38,807 nucleotides of DNA from an uncultured Bacilli bacterium (GCA_944358565.1 CALVRK010000001.1:1-38807); one strand, 5' to 3'. Numbered from the stretch's first letter, positions 1 through 9,440 are shown. Numbers and translations are program-made. The notes: generated by a model not told the origin, from the sequence alone.

Positions 1-218
1 TGTGGATTAGCTCCTGCTCCAAGGCCATGTGTAAGTTCTGCTCCTATTTGAATCTTTTTTTCAGCTAAAGAATTATTAAGAACTTGCGAGTCAGTATTCG
101 CAACAATAAACTCTACTCCTTCAACTGATTCAATCATTCTATTAACTGCATTACAGCCGCCGCCCCCGACACCTATTACTTTTATTTTTGCTAACTGATC
201 CATTTCAATTCCCATCAT
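1..218 (-). CDS. ftsZ: Cell-division GTPase FtsZ, 5' part only (about 72 codons; gene runs off the left edge)
   Basis: Absent from the ORF track because no stop lies in the window. Minus-strand translation from ATG at 218 gives [72 protein letters not shown]. This carries the FtsZ N-terminal motifs GVGGGGxNAVNRM and [14 protein letters not shown] at 226-231 lies 7 nt upstream. The gene directly follows ftsA. Confidence 0.9.
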   Translation of the reverse strand, partial: MMGIEMDQLAKIKVIGVGGGGCNAVNRMIESVEGVEFIVANTDSQVLNNSLAEKKIQIGAELTHGLGAGANP

Positions 219-230
219 ATTAATATCCTC

Positions 231-1463
231 CTATTCGCCAAAAAAGTATCCAAATACTTTTCCAAGCATTGTATCATCGTTAGTATTCTCTCTAGGTGAA
301 GATAACTCATCCATATCATCTTCACTAAGCATGGAATAATCCATTCCTTTTAATTTTAATGTATTTAGAAAATAAATAATATTTCCAATTGCGGTACTAT
401 ATTTATTATTTCTAACTCCAATTAATTTTACCTTAGCCTTACTAGCTACACTTGGCAAAGTATCATGTACGCAATATTCAAAATCTAACATATTGCTCAT
501 GCCACCAGTTATTATTATATACTGAATTGGTTTATTTGTTAAGTCTTCTAACTCATTTTTTGCCAATGTAAGTATCTCGTTTATTCTACTCATTACAACC
601 TCAGAAGCAGCTTTTTGATTGATTTTAATCTTAACATTATCCATATTTACGGTTTCATAAATATCATGAACATCCGCATTTCGCTTATGAGCCAAAGCAA
701 AGTTCTCTTTTAACTTTCTAGCTTCTTCCACATCTATCTTATACATATAAGCTAAATCTCTATCAATATCACTTCCACCCGCACCAATTATTTTAGTACT
801 AACTGGAATACTCTTATTATATAAAGATACAGTTGTAATATCTGAACCAACATTTATAACTGCACTAATACTTTTATCCAAATCACTATTTCTAAAGCAA
901 TTTATATCGCCAATACTCCCAACTGAAATATCGACAATCTCAATACCTAAACTTTCAATTATACTAGCCACTGAATAAACATTTTTCTTAGGAGTTGTAA
1001 CCATCATCGCTCTTCCCATCAATTTTTTACCAGGAAAACCTTTTGGATCTTTCATCACCGTTTTACCATTGATTTTAAAATCAATCGGAACAACCGTTAT
1101 AAATTCTTCATTTGGCATCAAATTAGCTTTAATACCAGCTTTATAAGAATTCATCATATCATGAGAAGTAATTAGATCACCCAAAATATCACTTTCCCCT
1201 TTGATGATCTTATACTCAGCCATATGATTAGGAATATTTGCAATAACTTTTTTTATCCTAACCCCAAGCATATCCTCCACTTGTTTGAATGCTAATCTAA
1301 TTGACTTTTTAGCTAGTTCAGGTTCAATTATTAGTCCCTTTTTTATTCCCCGCGAAGGCGTAGATGTTGCCGCAAGTAAATTTAAATGATTTTGGTAAAG
1401 ATCACAAACAACAAGTTTTATGGAATCAGAACCAAGATCAATACTCGCATAAACATGCTCCAT
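231..1463 (-). CDS. ftsA: Cell-division protein FtsA (actin-like ATPase)
   Basis: 410 aa. N-terminus is MEHVYASIDLGSDSIKLVVC (actin-fold phosphate-1 motif). Later motifs include GGSDIDRDLA and IIITGGMSNM. AGGAGG lies upstream of the ATG. Position between divIB and ftsZ fits. Confidence 0.92.
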   Translation of the reverse strand: MEHVYASIDLGSDSIKLVVCDLYQNHLNLLAATSTPSRGIKKGLIIEPELAKKSIRLAFKQVEDMLGVRIKKVIANIPNHMAEYKIIKGESDILGDLITSHDMMNSYKAGIKANLMPNEEFITVVPIDFKINGKTVMKDPKGFPGKKLMGRAMMVTTPKKNVYSVASIIESLGIEIVDISVGSIGDINCFRNSDLDKSISAVINVGSDITTVSLYNKSIPVSTKIIGAGGSDIDRDLAYMYKIDVEEARKLKENFALAHKRNADVHDIYETVNMDNVKIKINQKAASEVVMSRINEILTLAKNELEDLTNKPIQYIIITGGMSNMLDFEYCVHDTLPSVASKAKVKLIGVRNNKYSTAIGNIIYFLNTLKLKGMDYSMLSEDDMDELSSPRENTNDDTMLGKVFGYFFGE

Positions 1464-1502
1464 AACATCATCCTCCTACGGTCTATCATTAATTATACTA
1501 TA

Positions 1503-1531
1503 ATTTTACCTTATTGAAAAGAAAATGTAAA
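1503..1531 (-). promoter_or_regulatory. Candidate sigma-A promoter for ftsA-ftsZ
   Basis: Minus strand reads TTTACA (1531-1526), 17 nt, TAAAT-type -10 TAAAAT (1508-1503). A second TATAAT lies at 1497-1492. The site is about 40 nt upstream of the ftsA RBS. Confidence 0.35.
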
Positions 1532-1681
1532 CCCAAATTAAATTTTTTACTAAAAAAACGCTAAAATATAAGCCAAAATAAAATTTAACTAGCCTACCTC
1601 ACGGTAAGTTTTTCTACTTCATAGAAATCTTAGTCTCCTCCATATAAAGTTTTGGATGGTCGCTACCCTATTTATTCGTTT

Positions 1682-1820
1682 ATCAAAATTTATGATTAGA
1701 TATATTGTTTTAAATATAACATGTATTTTTCTAAACCTTTAAACATTATATTTACTGATGCATTATAATCACAGTCATGATTAGTGTGACATATAGGACA
1801 TTCCCACTTTCTTATACTTA
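1682..1820 (-). mobile_element. TnpB (IS200/IS605 OrfB) C-terminal tail remnant, copy A; 139-bp repeat unit
   Basis: The minus strand reads SIRKWECPICHTNHDCDYNASVNIMFKGLEKYMLYLKQYI* with the stop at 1696-1698. There is no start codon, and an in-frame TAA lies at 1840-1842. The CPxC...HD(R)DxNASxNI pattern is the TnpB zinc-ribbon/RuvC-III tail. It aligns without gaps to 33601-33739. Confidence 0.7.
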
Positions 1821-1832
1821 AAAAAGAATATT

Positions 1833-2507
1833 TTAACTTTTAACCTCAAAATATTCTCCAGAATCTAAATAAAGTATTCCTTTTTTATTATCAAACTCTT
1901 TAATTATATCTAAATAATTATCTAGTTTAGTAAACTTATTTAAAGTTAAATAAACTTGATTACCATCATTCATTGTTAAAAAAAATCTTCCTTCATCCAC
2001 CTCATTTGGATCATACTTAATTTCTGAAATTCTTTTAATTATATCATAATTAATTGAACTCATCGACTTTAAAAAATCAGAATAAACATTATCTGGCACA
2101 TAATTGATAACAGTCGGAACCGAAAAATTATCTGTAACCTCTGTTTTATCAGTTAAAATAGTTTTATTTTCTGGTAAATAATAAAATAGTGGTAAATTTT
2201 CTTCAACATTAATCACAATCTTCGTCAAACTAGGTCTTGAAACTTTAACACTTTTAATATAATCATCTTCTTCTAATCTTTTTTCAACTGTGCTTGATAA
2301 AGTTTTTAAACTACTTGGATAATTGGATAAACCTGCCATCTCAATTATCTCCCAGTCACTATAAAGACTATTTCCTTTAACAATCATATTATTAAGTTTT
2401 ACATCAGTTAAAAAAGCTACACCTAATAAGATTGCTGTAAAAACAAATAAAACTATTAACAAATTCTTAACCTTTAATTTTCTTTTTTTCTTAACCTTTC
2501 GTGCCAT
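1833..2507 (-). CDS. divIB: Cell-division protein DivIB/FtsQ (POTRA domain, bitopic)
   Basis: Basic N-terminus, one TM segment (LLIVLFVFTAILLGVAFL), then a POTRA-like region (IVKGNSLYSDWEIIEMAG). Lies between murB and ftsA. The track start (GTG at 2516) falls inside GGTGG; ATG at 2507 has GGTGG 5 nt upstream. Confidence 0.8.
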   Translation of the reverse strand: MARKVKKKRKLKVKNLLIVLFVFTAILLGVAFLTDVKLNNMIVKGNSLYSDWEIIEMAGLSNYPSSLKTLSSTVEKRLEEDDYIKSVKVSRPSLTKIVINVEENLPLFYYLPENKTILTDKTEVTDNFSVPTVINYVPDNVYSDFLKSMSSINYDIIKRISEIKYDPNEVDEGRFFLTMNDGNQVYLTLNKFTKLDNYLDIIKEFDNKKGILYLDSGEYFEVKS

Positions 2508-2520
2508 AAATACCACCTTT

Positions 2521-3378
2521 TTATTCTAAAACCTCTTGTTCAGTCTCGAACAAAATTCCTGTTTTCTCTTTAACTTTCTTTTGAATAATTTTAATTAATT
2601 TTAATACATCGTCTCCACTAGCTCGCCCCATATTAACAATGAAGTTAGCGTGTTTTAAAGATACCATCGCATCTCCTACTTTAAAACCTTTAAGTCCCGC
2701 ATCTTCAATTAATTTTCCCGCACTATATCCAGGTGGATTGCGAAATACCGAACCGGCAGATGGATATTCTAAAGGTTGCTTTTCTTTTCTGTTTAATAAA
2801 TTATTATGCATTCTACATTTTATGTTTTCATAACTATCTTGCTTTAATTCTAGCACTACTTCTAAACAAATCAAATTTTCATGTTTTAAAATAGAATCAC
2901 GATATCCTAATTGTAATTTTTCTTTATTTAAAACTTTTATATTACCATGATCATCCAATACCGTTACACTTTTGATAATTTTATCCATTGCTTCACCATA
3001 AGCTCCCGCATTTTGGTAAATTGCCCCACCGATAGTTGCTGGAATACCTGAAGCAAATTCTAAACCACTTAAATTCTCATTCGCGCACATTAAAGCTAAT
3101 TTGGGAAGCATATAACCAGAACCTACTGTAACCAAATTGCCATCAATATCAAGTTTATCAAATTTTTCTAGTTTAATCAAAACACCATTATAAGAAGAGC
3201 TAATAATTAAATTAGAACCATTCCCTAATATTTTGTACTTTTTATTTTCTTCATTTAACTTTAAAATTAAATCAGCAAGTTCCTTCACATTTTCCGGAAA
3301 ATAAATACATGCCAATTTGCCTTCTAATTTATATGTCGTATAATTTTTTAAAAAAGCATTATTTATTTTTTTCATCAT
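2521..3378 (-). CDS. murB: UDP-N-acetylenolpyruvoylglucosamine reductase
   Basis: 285 aa with an FAD-binding PCMH-type N-terminus (ILGNGSNLI, GGAIYQNAGAYG). The C-terminal region includes PSAGSVFRNP. Overlaps the murG stop. Confidence 0.9.
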   Translation of the reverse strand: MMKKINNAFLKNYTTYKLEGKLACIYFPENVKELADLILKLNEENKKYKILGNGSNLIISSSYNGVLIKLEKFDKLDIDGNLVTVGSGYMLPKLALMCANENLSGLEFASGIPATIGGAIYQNAGAYGEAMDKIIKSVTVLDDHGNIKVLNKEKLQLGYRDSILKHENLICLEVVLELKQDSYENIKCRMHNNLLNRKEKQPLEYPSAGSVFRNPPGYSAGKLIEDAGLKGFKVGDAMVSLKHANFIVNMGRASGDDVLKLIKIIQKKVKEKTGILFETEQEVLE

Positions 3379-4447
3379 TAACTATCCTTTTTAAATTATT
3401 ATATATTACTGTCGCACTATCATGAACCTGCATTTTTCTTAAATTAACTTTAATTTCTTCCATTTTCTCTTCATTATTTATTAATTCATCAACTTTTTTG
3501 ATCAATGACCCTTCTTCTAAATCCTTTTCTTCGATCATCAAAGCCGCATTTTGATTAACTAAATCTAAAGCATTCAAATATTGATGATTATTAGCCACAT
3601 ATGGTGATGGGATTAAAATACTTGGAACCTCTAAAGCAATAAGCTCACTTAAAGTTGATGCGCCAGCCCTAGATACCATTACATCTGTTTTTTTCATAAC
3701 CGAAGTTAACCCTTCATAAAATGGAATAATTTTAACATTTTTAGGATAACTATGTCTCATTACCTCATCGTAAGAGCTCTTTCCAGTCACAAATAAAACT
3801 TCATACTCCTTACCTTCAAACTTTTGAAGTTCACTTTCCAAATATTTACTTACCCTGCCGGCACCCAAAGACCCCATGACAATAAGTACAAGCTTCTTCG
3901 TCGCTGAAAGACCCAAAGTTGATTTAAGTAAAACCGGTGCTTTTAAAGCATCTTCACTACAAGGATTTCCCGTTACTATCGCTTTACCTAAAGGAAATTT
4001 ATCTAGTGATGACTCAAACGAAACCCCTACTAAATCACAATATTTACTTAAAAATTTATTTGATTTTCCTGGCAGTGAATTTTGTTCGTGTAAAAAAGTT
4101 TTATAACCTAACTTCTTCGCACTTACAATAACTGGAACAGTCACATAACCACCAACTCCAATTACAATATCTGGATTAAATTCTCTAATCATTTTTTTAC
4201 ACTGCTTAAAAGCTTTAAATAAACACTTAACTGTTTTTATATTTCGAAATATTTTTTTACTAAAACCATACATTTCAATTGATTTAAATGGAATTCCTTT
4301 AGCTGGAACAATATCTTTTTCCATTCTATTATGCGTTCCAATATACAAAAACTCACTATCTGGTTCTTTTTCTTTAATCTTATTAATAATTGCTAAAGCA
4401 GGATAAATATGTCCTCCTGTTCCACCCGCACTAATAATTACCCTCAT
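3359..4447 (-). CDS. murG: Lipid II synthase MurG (UDP-GlcNAc:Mur-pentapeptide-PP-Und GlcNAc transferase)
   Basis: 362 aa. MRVIISAGGTGGHIYPALA is the G-loop typical of MurG. A GT28 C-terminal region is present (SRAGASTLSELIALEVPSILIPSPYVANNHQ). Confidence 0.92.
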   Translation of the reverse strand: MRVIISAGGTGGHIYPALAIINKIKEKEPDSEFLYIGTHNRMEKDIVPAKGIPFKSIEMYGFSKKIFRNIKTVKCLFKAFKQCKKMIREFNPDIVIGVGGYVTVPVIVSAKKLGYKTFLHEQNSLPGKSNKFLSKYCDLVGVSFESSLDKFPLGKAIVTGNPCSEDALKAPVLLKSTLGLSATKKLVLIVMGSLGAGRVSKYLESELQKFEGKEYEVLFVTGKSSYDEVMRHSYPKNVKIIPFYEGLTSVMKKTDVMVSRAGASTLSELIALEVPSILIPSPYVANNHQYLNALDLVNQNAALMIEEKDLEEGSLIKKVDELINNEEKMEEIKVNLRKMQVHDSATVIYNNLKRIVNDEKNK

Positions 4448-4467
4448 GTAATCACATCCTTAAAATA

Positions 4468-4497
4468 ATTATATATCATAATTATATGTTATCGCAA
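4468..4497 (-). promoter_or_regulatory. Candidate sigma-A promoter for murG-murB-divIB
   Basis: Minus strand reads TTGCGA (4497-4492), 18 nt, TATAAT (4473-4468). The site is about 20 nt before the murG RBS/ATG. Confidence 0.35.
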
Positions 4498-4606
4498 GCG
4501 AATTAGCAAACAAAACCCCTTCACAAAAATAATTGACATATATATGTTTCATTTTATAAACCTTACATAACCCATACAAATATCATCTATTTAACTTTAT
4601 AATATA

Positions 4607-6556
4607 TTAAATATTATCACCCTTAATATTTAAAATTAAACTGTTTCTATATAAATTTAAATGACTTAAAAACATACATATAAAAATAAGTAAAAAACAG
4701 CACATAAAACTTAAAACAAATAAATCATAACTAAAAATAGGCATATTAACTGTAAAATACATTTCCAAATTTTTATATAAACCATTACTAATTAATAAAA
4801 CAAAAGGAAATGCATATAAAACACCTTTCAAACTTATAATAAAACTTTCAAATAACAAACAAAAATTAATCTTAAAATTAATAAATCCTATTGCTTTTAA
4901 ACTAGCAAACTCCCGCTTTCTCATTTTAATATTTGCCGAAATAATATTAAAAATTGTCAAAATCGAAATTAAAATAATAATTCCCATACACAAAACCATA
5001 AATAACTTAATTAATAAAGTGAAATTATTTACTAGTTCATACGCTTTTTTGACATTTGTATAACTAACTTCAAAATCATTTTTTTTAACATATTTTAAAA
5101 TTAAATTATCAAGTTTTGTCTCATCAGTTTTAATCAAAGCATTACCTGAAAAAACTGAACATACTTTGTTAAATTTATCTTCATTTAAATTTAAAATCAC
5201 CCTATTTTTAATAAACATATTATCAAAACCAAAAGGAATCTTATCCGTAAGAGTTATATCATCTATCTTCTCACCACTATCTAATGTTATACTATCTAAA
5301 CTTTTAAAAGGCCTATATTTTTCCTTAATCATTTTTTTATTATCTACTAAAGTATCATTAACTAAATTAATAACTTCATTACCCCCTAAATCTGTAATAA
5401 AAACTTCTACCATATTTCCAAAACCTTGATTATAATTTTCTTTAGGAATGGTTGAATATTTAGTGCAACTTCTAAATATGTTTTTCTTATCAGCTTGTAG
5501 ATAACTTGCTAAACCATTAAGCTTATTATAATTACTCATATTACTTGTTAAAGCAATATCATATTTAGGGATATTTATATATTCGTGAATTATCTTTAAT
5601 GTATAATCAGTAAGCCTCATAAAACTATTAAATAAAATAATTATAATAAAAACACAAATAATTAAACTACGGTATTTTCTTCTACTTCTTGCATAATTAA
5701 TATAAGCATAATTTAAAACAAAATTTTTAAAATGATAATTTTTATTTTCTACAAACTCATTTTCTCTAAAAAGTTCCATTACTTTATATTTTTTTATTTT
5801 AAAAAGTGGTAAAGCTGCCGAAAACAAAATAATCAAAGTCATAAAAATAAAAGGAATTAAAACAAAAGGCATATATAAACTAAGTTTCAAACTTCCACCC
5901 AAAAATTCGTTAAATAAATTATTTATTAAATTTATAACGCCAATATTAAAAAGTAAACTTAATCCAAACCCTAAAACTAACCCTACATTTCCACATACTA
6001 TTCCTTCAAATAAAAAAACTTTATATAACTGGCCATTACTAATACCAATAGCCTTAAACAATATGATATCCCTTTTCTTTTTAGTAAGTGATATTTGAAA
6101 AGAATTATATATAATAAAAAATACCATAACTGACAATATTATAGTAAAACCTATAAGTAACTCTTTTAAAAGATCCAAATAATTATTATCCCCAATTCCA
6201 TATAAAGAAAGTAGTTTAACATTATAAACTGTTTTCTCACATGTTACTTTAGAGCAAATTTTCTCAGTCATACCATATGTATCATAAATATTATTAAACT
6301 TTATAAAGTATTCATCGCCTTCAGTTTTCAAAGATAAAATATCATCATTATAAATGCCAAGTAAATCACCTTTAATTTTTACGTGATAATCATTTGTTTT
6401 AAGAATATTTGTTATCAAACATTCCCTAAACGAAGAAAATAAAATACCAACACTAAACAATAAAACACTAGCCAAAATAATTCCTACTAAAATAGTAAAA
6501 GTCTGTTTTTTATTTTTCTTTAAATAACTAAGACTTAAGCTTATCATTTCGTTCAT
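4607..6556 (-). CDS. FtsX-family ABC permease, BceB/MacB-like (multi-TM with large extracytoplasmic domains)
   Basis: 649 aa with two FtsX-like TM bundles separated by long soluble segments. Overlaps the upstream ATPase gene. Confidence 0.8.
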   Translation of the reverse strand: MNEMISLSLSYLKKNKKQTFTILVGIILASVLLFSVGILFSSFRECLITNILKTNDYHVKIKGDLLGIYNDDILSLKTEGDEYFIKFNNIYDTYGMTEKICSKVTCEKTVYNVKLLSLYGIGDNNYLDLLKELLIGFTIILSVMVFFIIYNSFQISLTKKKRDIILFKAIGISNGQLYKVFLFEGIVCGNVGLVLGFGLSLLFNIGVINLINNLFNEFLGGSLKLSLYMPFVLIPFIFMTLIILFSAALPLFKIKKYKVMELFRENEFVENKNYHFKNFVLNYAYINYARSRRKYRSLIICVFIIIILFNSFMRLTDYTLKIIHEYINIPKYDIALTSNMSNYNKLNGLASYLQADKKNIFRSCTKYSTIPKENYNQGFGNMVEVFITDLGGNEVINLVNDTLVDNKKMIKEKYRPFKSLDSITLDSGEKIDDITLTDKIPFGFDNMFIKNRVILNLNEDKFNKVCSVFSGNALIKTDETKLDNLILKYVKKNDFEVSYTNVKKAYELVNNFTLLIKLFMVLCMGIIILISILTIFNIISANIKMRKREFASLKAIGFINFKINFCLLFESFIISLKGVLYAFPFVLLISNGLYKNLEMYFTVNMPIFSYDLFVLSFMCCFLLIFICMFLSHLNLYRNSLILNIKGDNI

Positions 6557-7220
6557 CCTTTATAATCTTTCCATCTGACATTGTAATTATCCTACTAGCT
6601 CTTTTAGCCAAACTCATATCATGAGTAACCATAATAATAGTCTGCCGATATTTCTTATTGTAAAATTCTAATAATTTCATTACATGTTTACTATTTCGAA
6701 TATCTAAATTACCCGTAGGTTCATCAGCAAGTAATATTTTAGGATGATTTATTAAAGCTCTTCCAATTGCTACTCTCTGCTGTTGTCCGCCAGATAAATC
6801 ATTCGGATAAGTATCAATCTTATTTAACAGTCCCAATTTTTTAAGCATATCGTTTAATTTTTTATCACTGATACTTCGTCCATCAAATAAAGCTGGAAGC
6901 ATTATATTTTCCTTCACATTCAAAACCGGAATCAAATTATAAAACTGATAGATAATGCCAATATATTTTCGCCTAAACACCGTTAAATTTTTATCAGACA
7001 TCTTATAAATATCTTGATTATTAATAATGACACTACCTGAACTTGGTTTATCTAAACCACCAAGCAAATGAAGTAATGTACTTTTCCCACTACCACTCTT
7101 ACCTACAACTGCAATAAATTCACCTTTTTGAACTTTAAAAGATACATTATTTAAAGCTAAAAATTCATTTTCTCCTTTGCCATATTTTTTACTTAGTTTT
7201 TTTACATTCAATATTTCCAT
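6528..7220 (-). CDS. ABC transporter ATP-binding protein (MacB/BceA-type)
   Basis: Motifs seen: Walker A GKSGSGKST, signature LSGGQQQRVAI, Walker B ILLADEPTGNLD. The track start is TTG at 7250. ATG at 7220 (MEILNVKKL) has AGGTGA just upstream and is preferred. Confidence 0.9.
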   Translation of the reverse strand: MEILNVKKLSKKYGKGENEFLALNNVSFKVQKGEFIAVVGKSGSGKSTLLHLLGGLDKPSSGSVIINNQDIYKMSDKNLTVFRRKYIGIIYQFYNLIPVLNVKENIMLPALFDGRSISDKKLNDMLKKLGLLNKIDTYPNDLSGGQQQRVAIGRALINHPKILLADEPTGNLDIRNSKHVMKLLEFYNKKYRQTIIMVTHDMSLAKRASRIITMSDGKIIKDERNDKLKS

Positions 7221-7270
7221 AAATTCACCTCTATATAAAACATACGACAAAAACTATCAAAATTCCTTTA

Positions 7271-7302
7271 AAAAAACGAAAAAATCCAAACAAATTTGTT
7301 TG
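7271..7302 (-). terminator. Candidate intrinsic terminator after the metal ATPase
   Basis: A 16-nt palindrome CAAACAAATTTGTTTG (7287-7302) directly follows the stop. On the minus strand it is followed by GATTTTTTCGTTTTTTT. The stem is AT-rich and therefore weak. Confidence 0.45.
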
Positions 7303-7304
7303 AA

Positions 7305-9134
7305 TTATAATTTCTTTTTCATAATTCTTAAAGCATTCAAAACCGCAAGTAAAGTTACCCCCACATCAGCAAACACTGCCATCCATATACTTGCAAATCC
7401 TAAAGTAGCCAAAATAAGCATTAAAAATTTAAAACTTAAAGCAAAAATAATATTAAACATTACAATTTTTTGCGTAACATGTGATATCTTTATTGCCGTA
7501 ACTATTTTATTTAAATTATCATGCATAAGCACTACATCTGATGCTTCAATCGCCGCATCACTTCCAATACCACCCATTGAAATACCTAAATCAGCTTCTT
7601 TAATCACCGGTGCATCATTTACACCATCACCAGCAAACGCTGTATAAGAAAGTTTTTTAATTTCTTTTAATTTTTGAACCTTATCTATTGGCAATAACTC
7701 TGAATAATATTCATCTATCTTAACTTTATCAGCCACCATTTTTACCATCTCTTTTGTATCACCAGAAAGCATAACCACTCTCATACCCATCTTTTTTAAA
7801 TTATTAACTGAATTATAAGCTGACTCTTTTATCTTATCGCCAATAACTAAATAACCTACATATTTGCTATCACAAGCTACATAAACAGTTGTTCCAAAAT
7901 CATTAACTTTATCTACTATTACATTCTCTTGGTTCAGTAATTTATCATTACCAATAATTACCCTTTTGTCATTTACTAAAGCCTCAGCTCCATATCCACT
8001 AATTTCCTTATAATCTTTAATTAAACTCTCATCAATATGACCTTTATAAGCTTTAACAATTGACCTAGCTATTGGATGATTCGAATAATATTCTGCACAA
8101 GCCGCTAGCTCTAAAAGTTCCTCCTTTGATATATCATTACTAACAATATCTCTAACTTCAAATTTACCTTCCGTAATCGTTCCTGTCTTATCAAAAACTA
8201 CAGCATCTAATTTAGATAAACTCTCAAGTCCATCACTACCTTTAATTAATATTCCTTCCTTACTCGCACGTCCTACGCCGCAAAAAAAGCCTAAAGGTAC
8301 CGAAATAACCAAAGCACACGGACAAGCAGTTACTAAAAACACTAAAGCTTTGTATAAAAAATTATTAAAATCTGCCCCTAACATCGTTGGAATTAATACG
8401 ATCAAAGCTGCCAAAATAACGACAATCGGTGTATATGTTTTAGAAAATTTTGTAATAAATTTTTCTGTTTTAGTTTTCTTATCATTCGAATTTTGAAGTA
8501 AATTAATAATTTTACTAGCCACCGAATTTTCAGCCACACTAGTTGCTTTAACAGTAATTAACCCACTACCATTCACAAACCCACTTAAAACAATGTCACT
8601 TTTATTAATTTCCCTAGGCACGCTCTCTCCAGTTAAACTAGCTGTATCGGCAAAGGTCTTACCATCTAAAACTATTCCATCTAAAGGCACTTTCTCACCA
8701 GGTTTTACTACAAACACATCGTCAATATGCACTTCTTTTATATCAACCTTTTCTATTTTCTCACCTTTTTTTAAATTAACATAATCACTTCTAAGATCCA
8801 TAAGTTTTATGATTGACTCTTTAGAATTATCAACAGCCAAATCAGATAAATATTCACCAAACTCAAACAAAAGCATTACCATAACCGCCTCTGGATATTC
8901 TCCTATAATAAAAGCACTTATCGTTGCGATAATCATCAAAGTATTTTCATCAAACACATTACCTTTTACTAATTTTTTTACTGCATCTATAAATATCTTA
9001 TAAGAAACTATCAAATAACTACACACAAGTAAAATAAAATAAATAGTTCTATAATCTTGAAAAATTAAAGCTAAAACAAACAAAATTACACTTATAATAA
9101 TTTTAATAATATTTTCATTTATCTTAATTTTCAT
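7305..9134 (-). CDS. P1B-type heavy-metal (Zn/Cd/Co-type) translocating ATPase, no N-terminal HMA domain
   Basis: 609 aa. Motifs seen: CPC in TACPCALVISVP, phosphorylation site DKTGTIT, hinge GDGVNDAP, TGES loop. The protein starts directly with TM helices. Confidence 0.88.
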   Translation of the reverse strand: MKIKINENIIKIIISVILFVLALIFQDYRTIYFILLVCSYLIVSYKIFIDAVKKLVKGNVFDENTLMIIATISAFIIGEYPEAVMVMLLFEFGEYLSDLAVDNSKESIIKLMDLRSDYVNLKKGEKIEKVDIKEVHIDDVFVVKPGEKVPLDGIVLDGKTFADTASLTGESVPREINKSDIVLSGFVNGSGLITVKATSVAENSVASKIINLLQNSNDKKTKTEKFITKFSKTYTPIVVILAALIVLIPTMLGADFNNFLYKALVFLVTACPCALVISVPLGFFCGVGRASKEGILIKGSDGLESLSKLDAVVFDKTGTITEGKFEVRDIVSNDISKEELLELAACAEYYSNHPIARSIVKAYKGHIDESLIKDYKEISGYGAEALVNDKRVIIGNDKLLNQENVIVDKVNDFGTTVYVACDSKYVGYLVIGDKIKESAYNSVNNLKKMGMRVVMLSGDTKEMVKMVADKVKIDEYYSELLPIDKVQKLKEIKKLSYTAFAGDGVNDAPVIKEADLGISMGGIGSDAAIEASDVVLMHDNLNKIVTAIKISHVTQKIVMFNIIFALSFKFLMLILATLGFASIWMAVFADVGVTLLAVLNALRIMKKKL

Positions 9135-9426
9135 CGTTTATCTTCTCCTTTAAATGTTCAATTCCATATTTTAAAATAATTTCGATATGTTCATCTGTAA
9201 TACTATAATTTACCGTTTGCCCTATTTTATTTGCTTTTACTAAATTAGACCCTCTAAGTGTTTTTAACTGATGAGAAACTGCCGACTGACTGACATCAAG
9301 CCTTCTCGCAATTTCATTTACAGATTTTTCACCAGACACTAATAAATCCAAGATTCTAAGTCTTGTTTCATCTCCAAAAATTTTAAAAAACTCAGCTAAT
9401 CCTCCTAAAAACTCTTTACTATACAT
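9124..9426 (-). CDS. ArsR/SmtB-family metalloregulator (SmtB/CzrA-like, alpha5-site type)
   Basis: Winged HTH: RLRILDLL...SVNEIARRLDVSQSAVSHQLKTLR. The C-terminal DEHIEIILKYGIEHLKE gives DxHx10Hx2E. ATG at 9426 (MYSKEF) is preferred over the track GTG at 9435, which lies inside AAAGGTG. Confidence 0.85.
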   Translation of the reverse strand: MYSKEFLGGLAEFFKIFGDETRLRILDLLVSGEKSVNEIARRLDVSQSAVSHQLKTLRGSNLVKANKIGQTVNYSITDEHIEIILKYGIEHLKEKINDEN

Positions 9427-9440
9427 TCTCATCACCTTTG

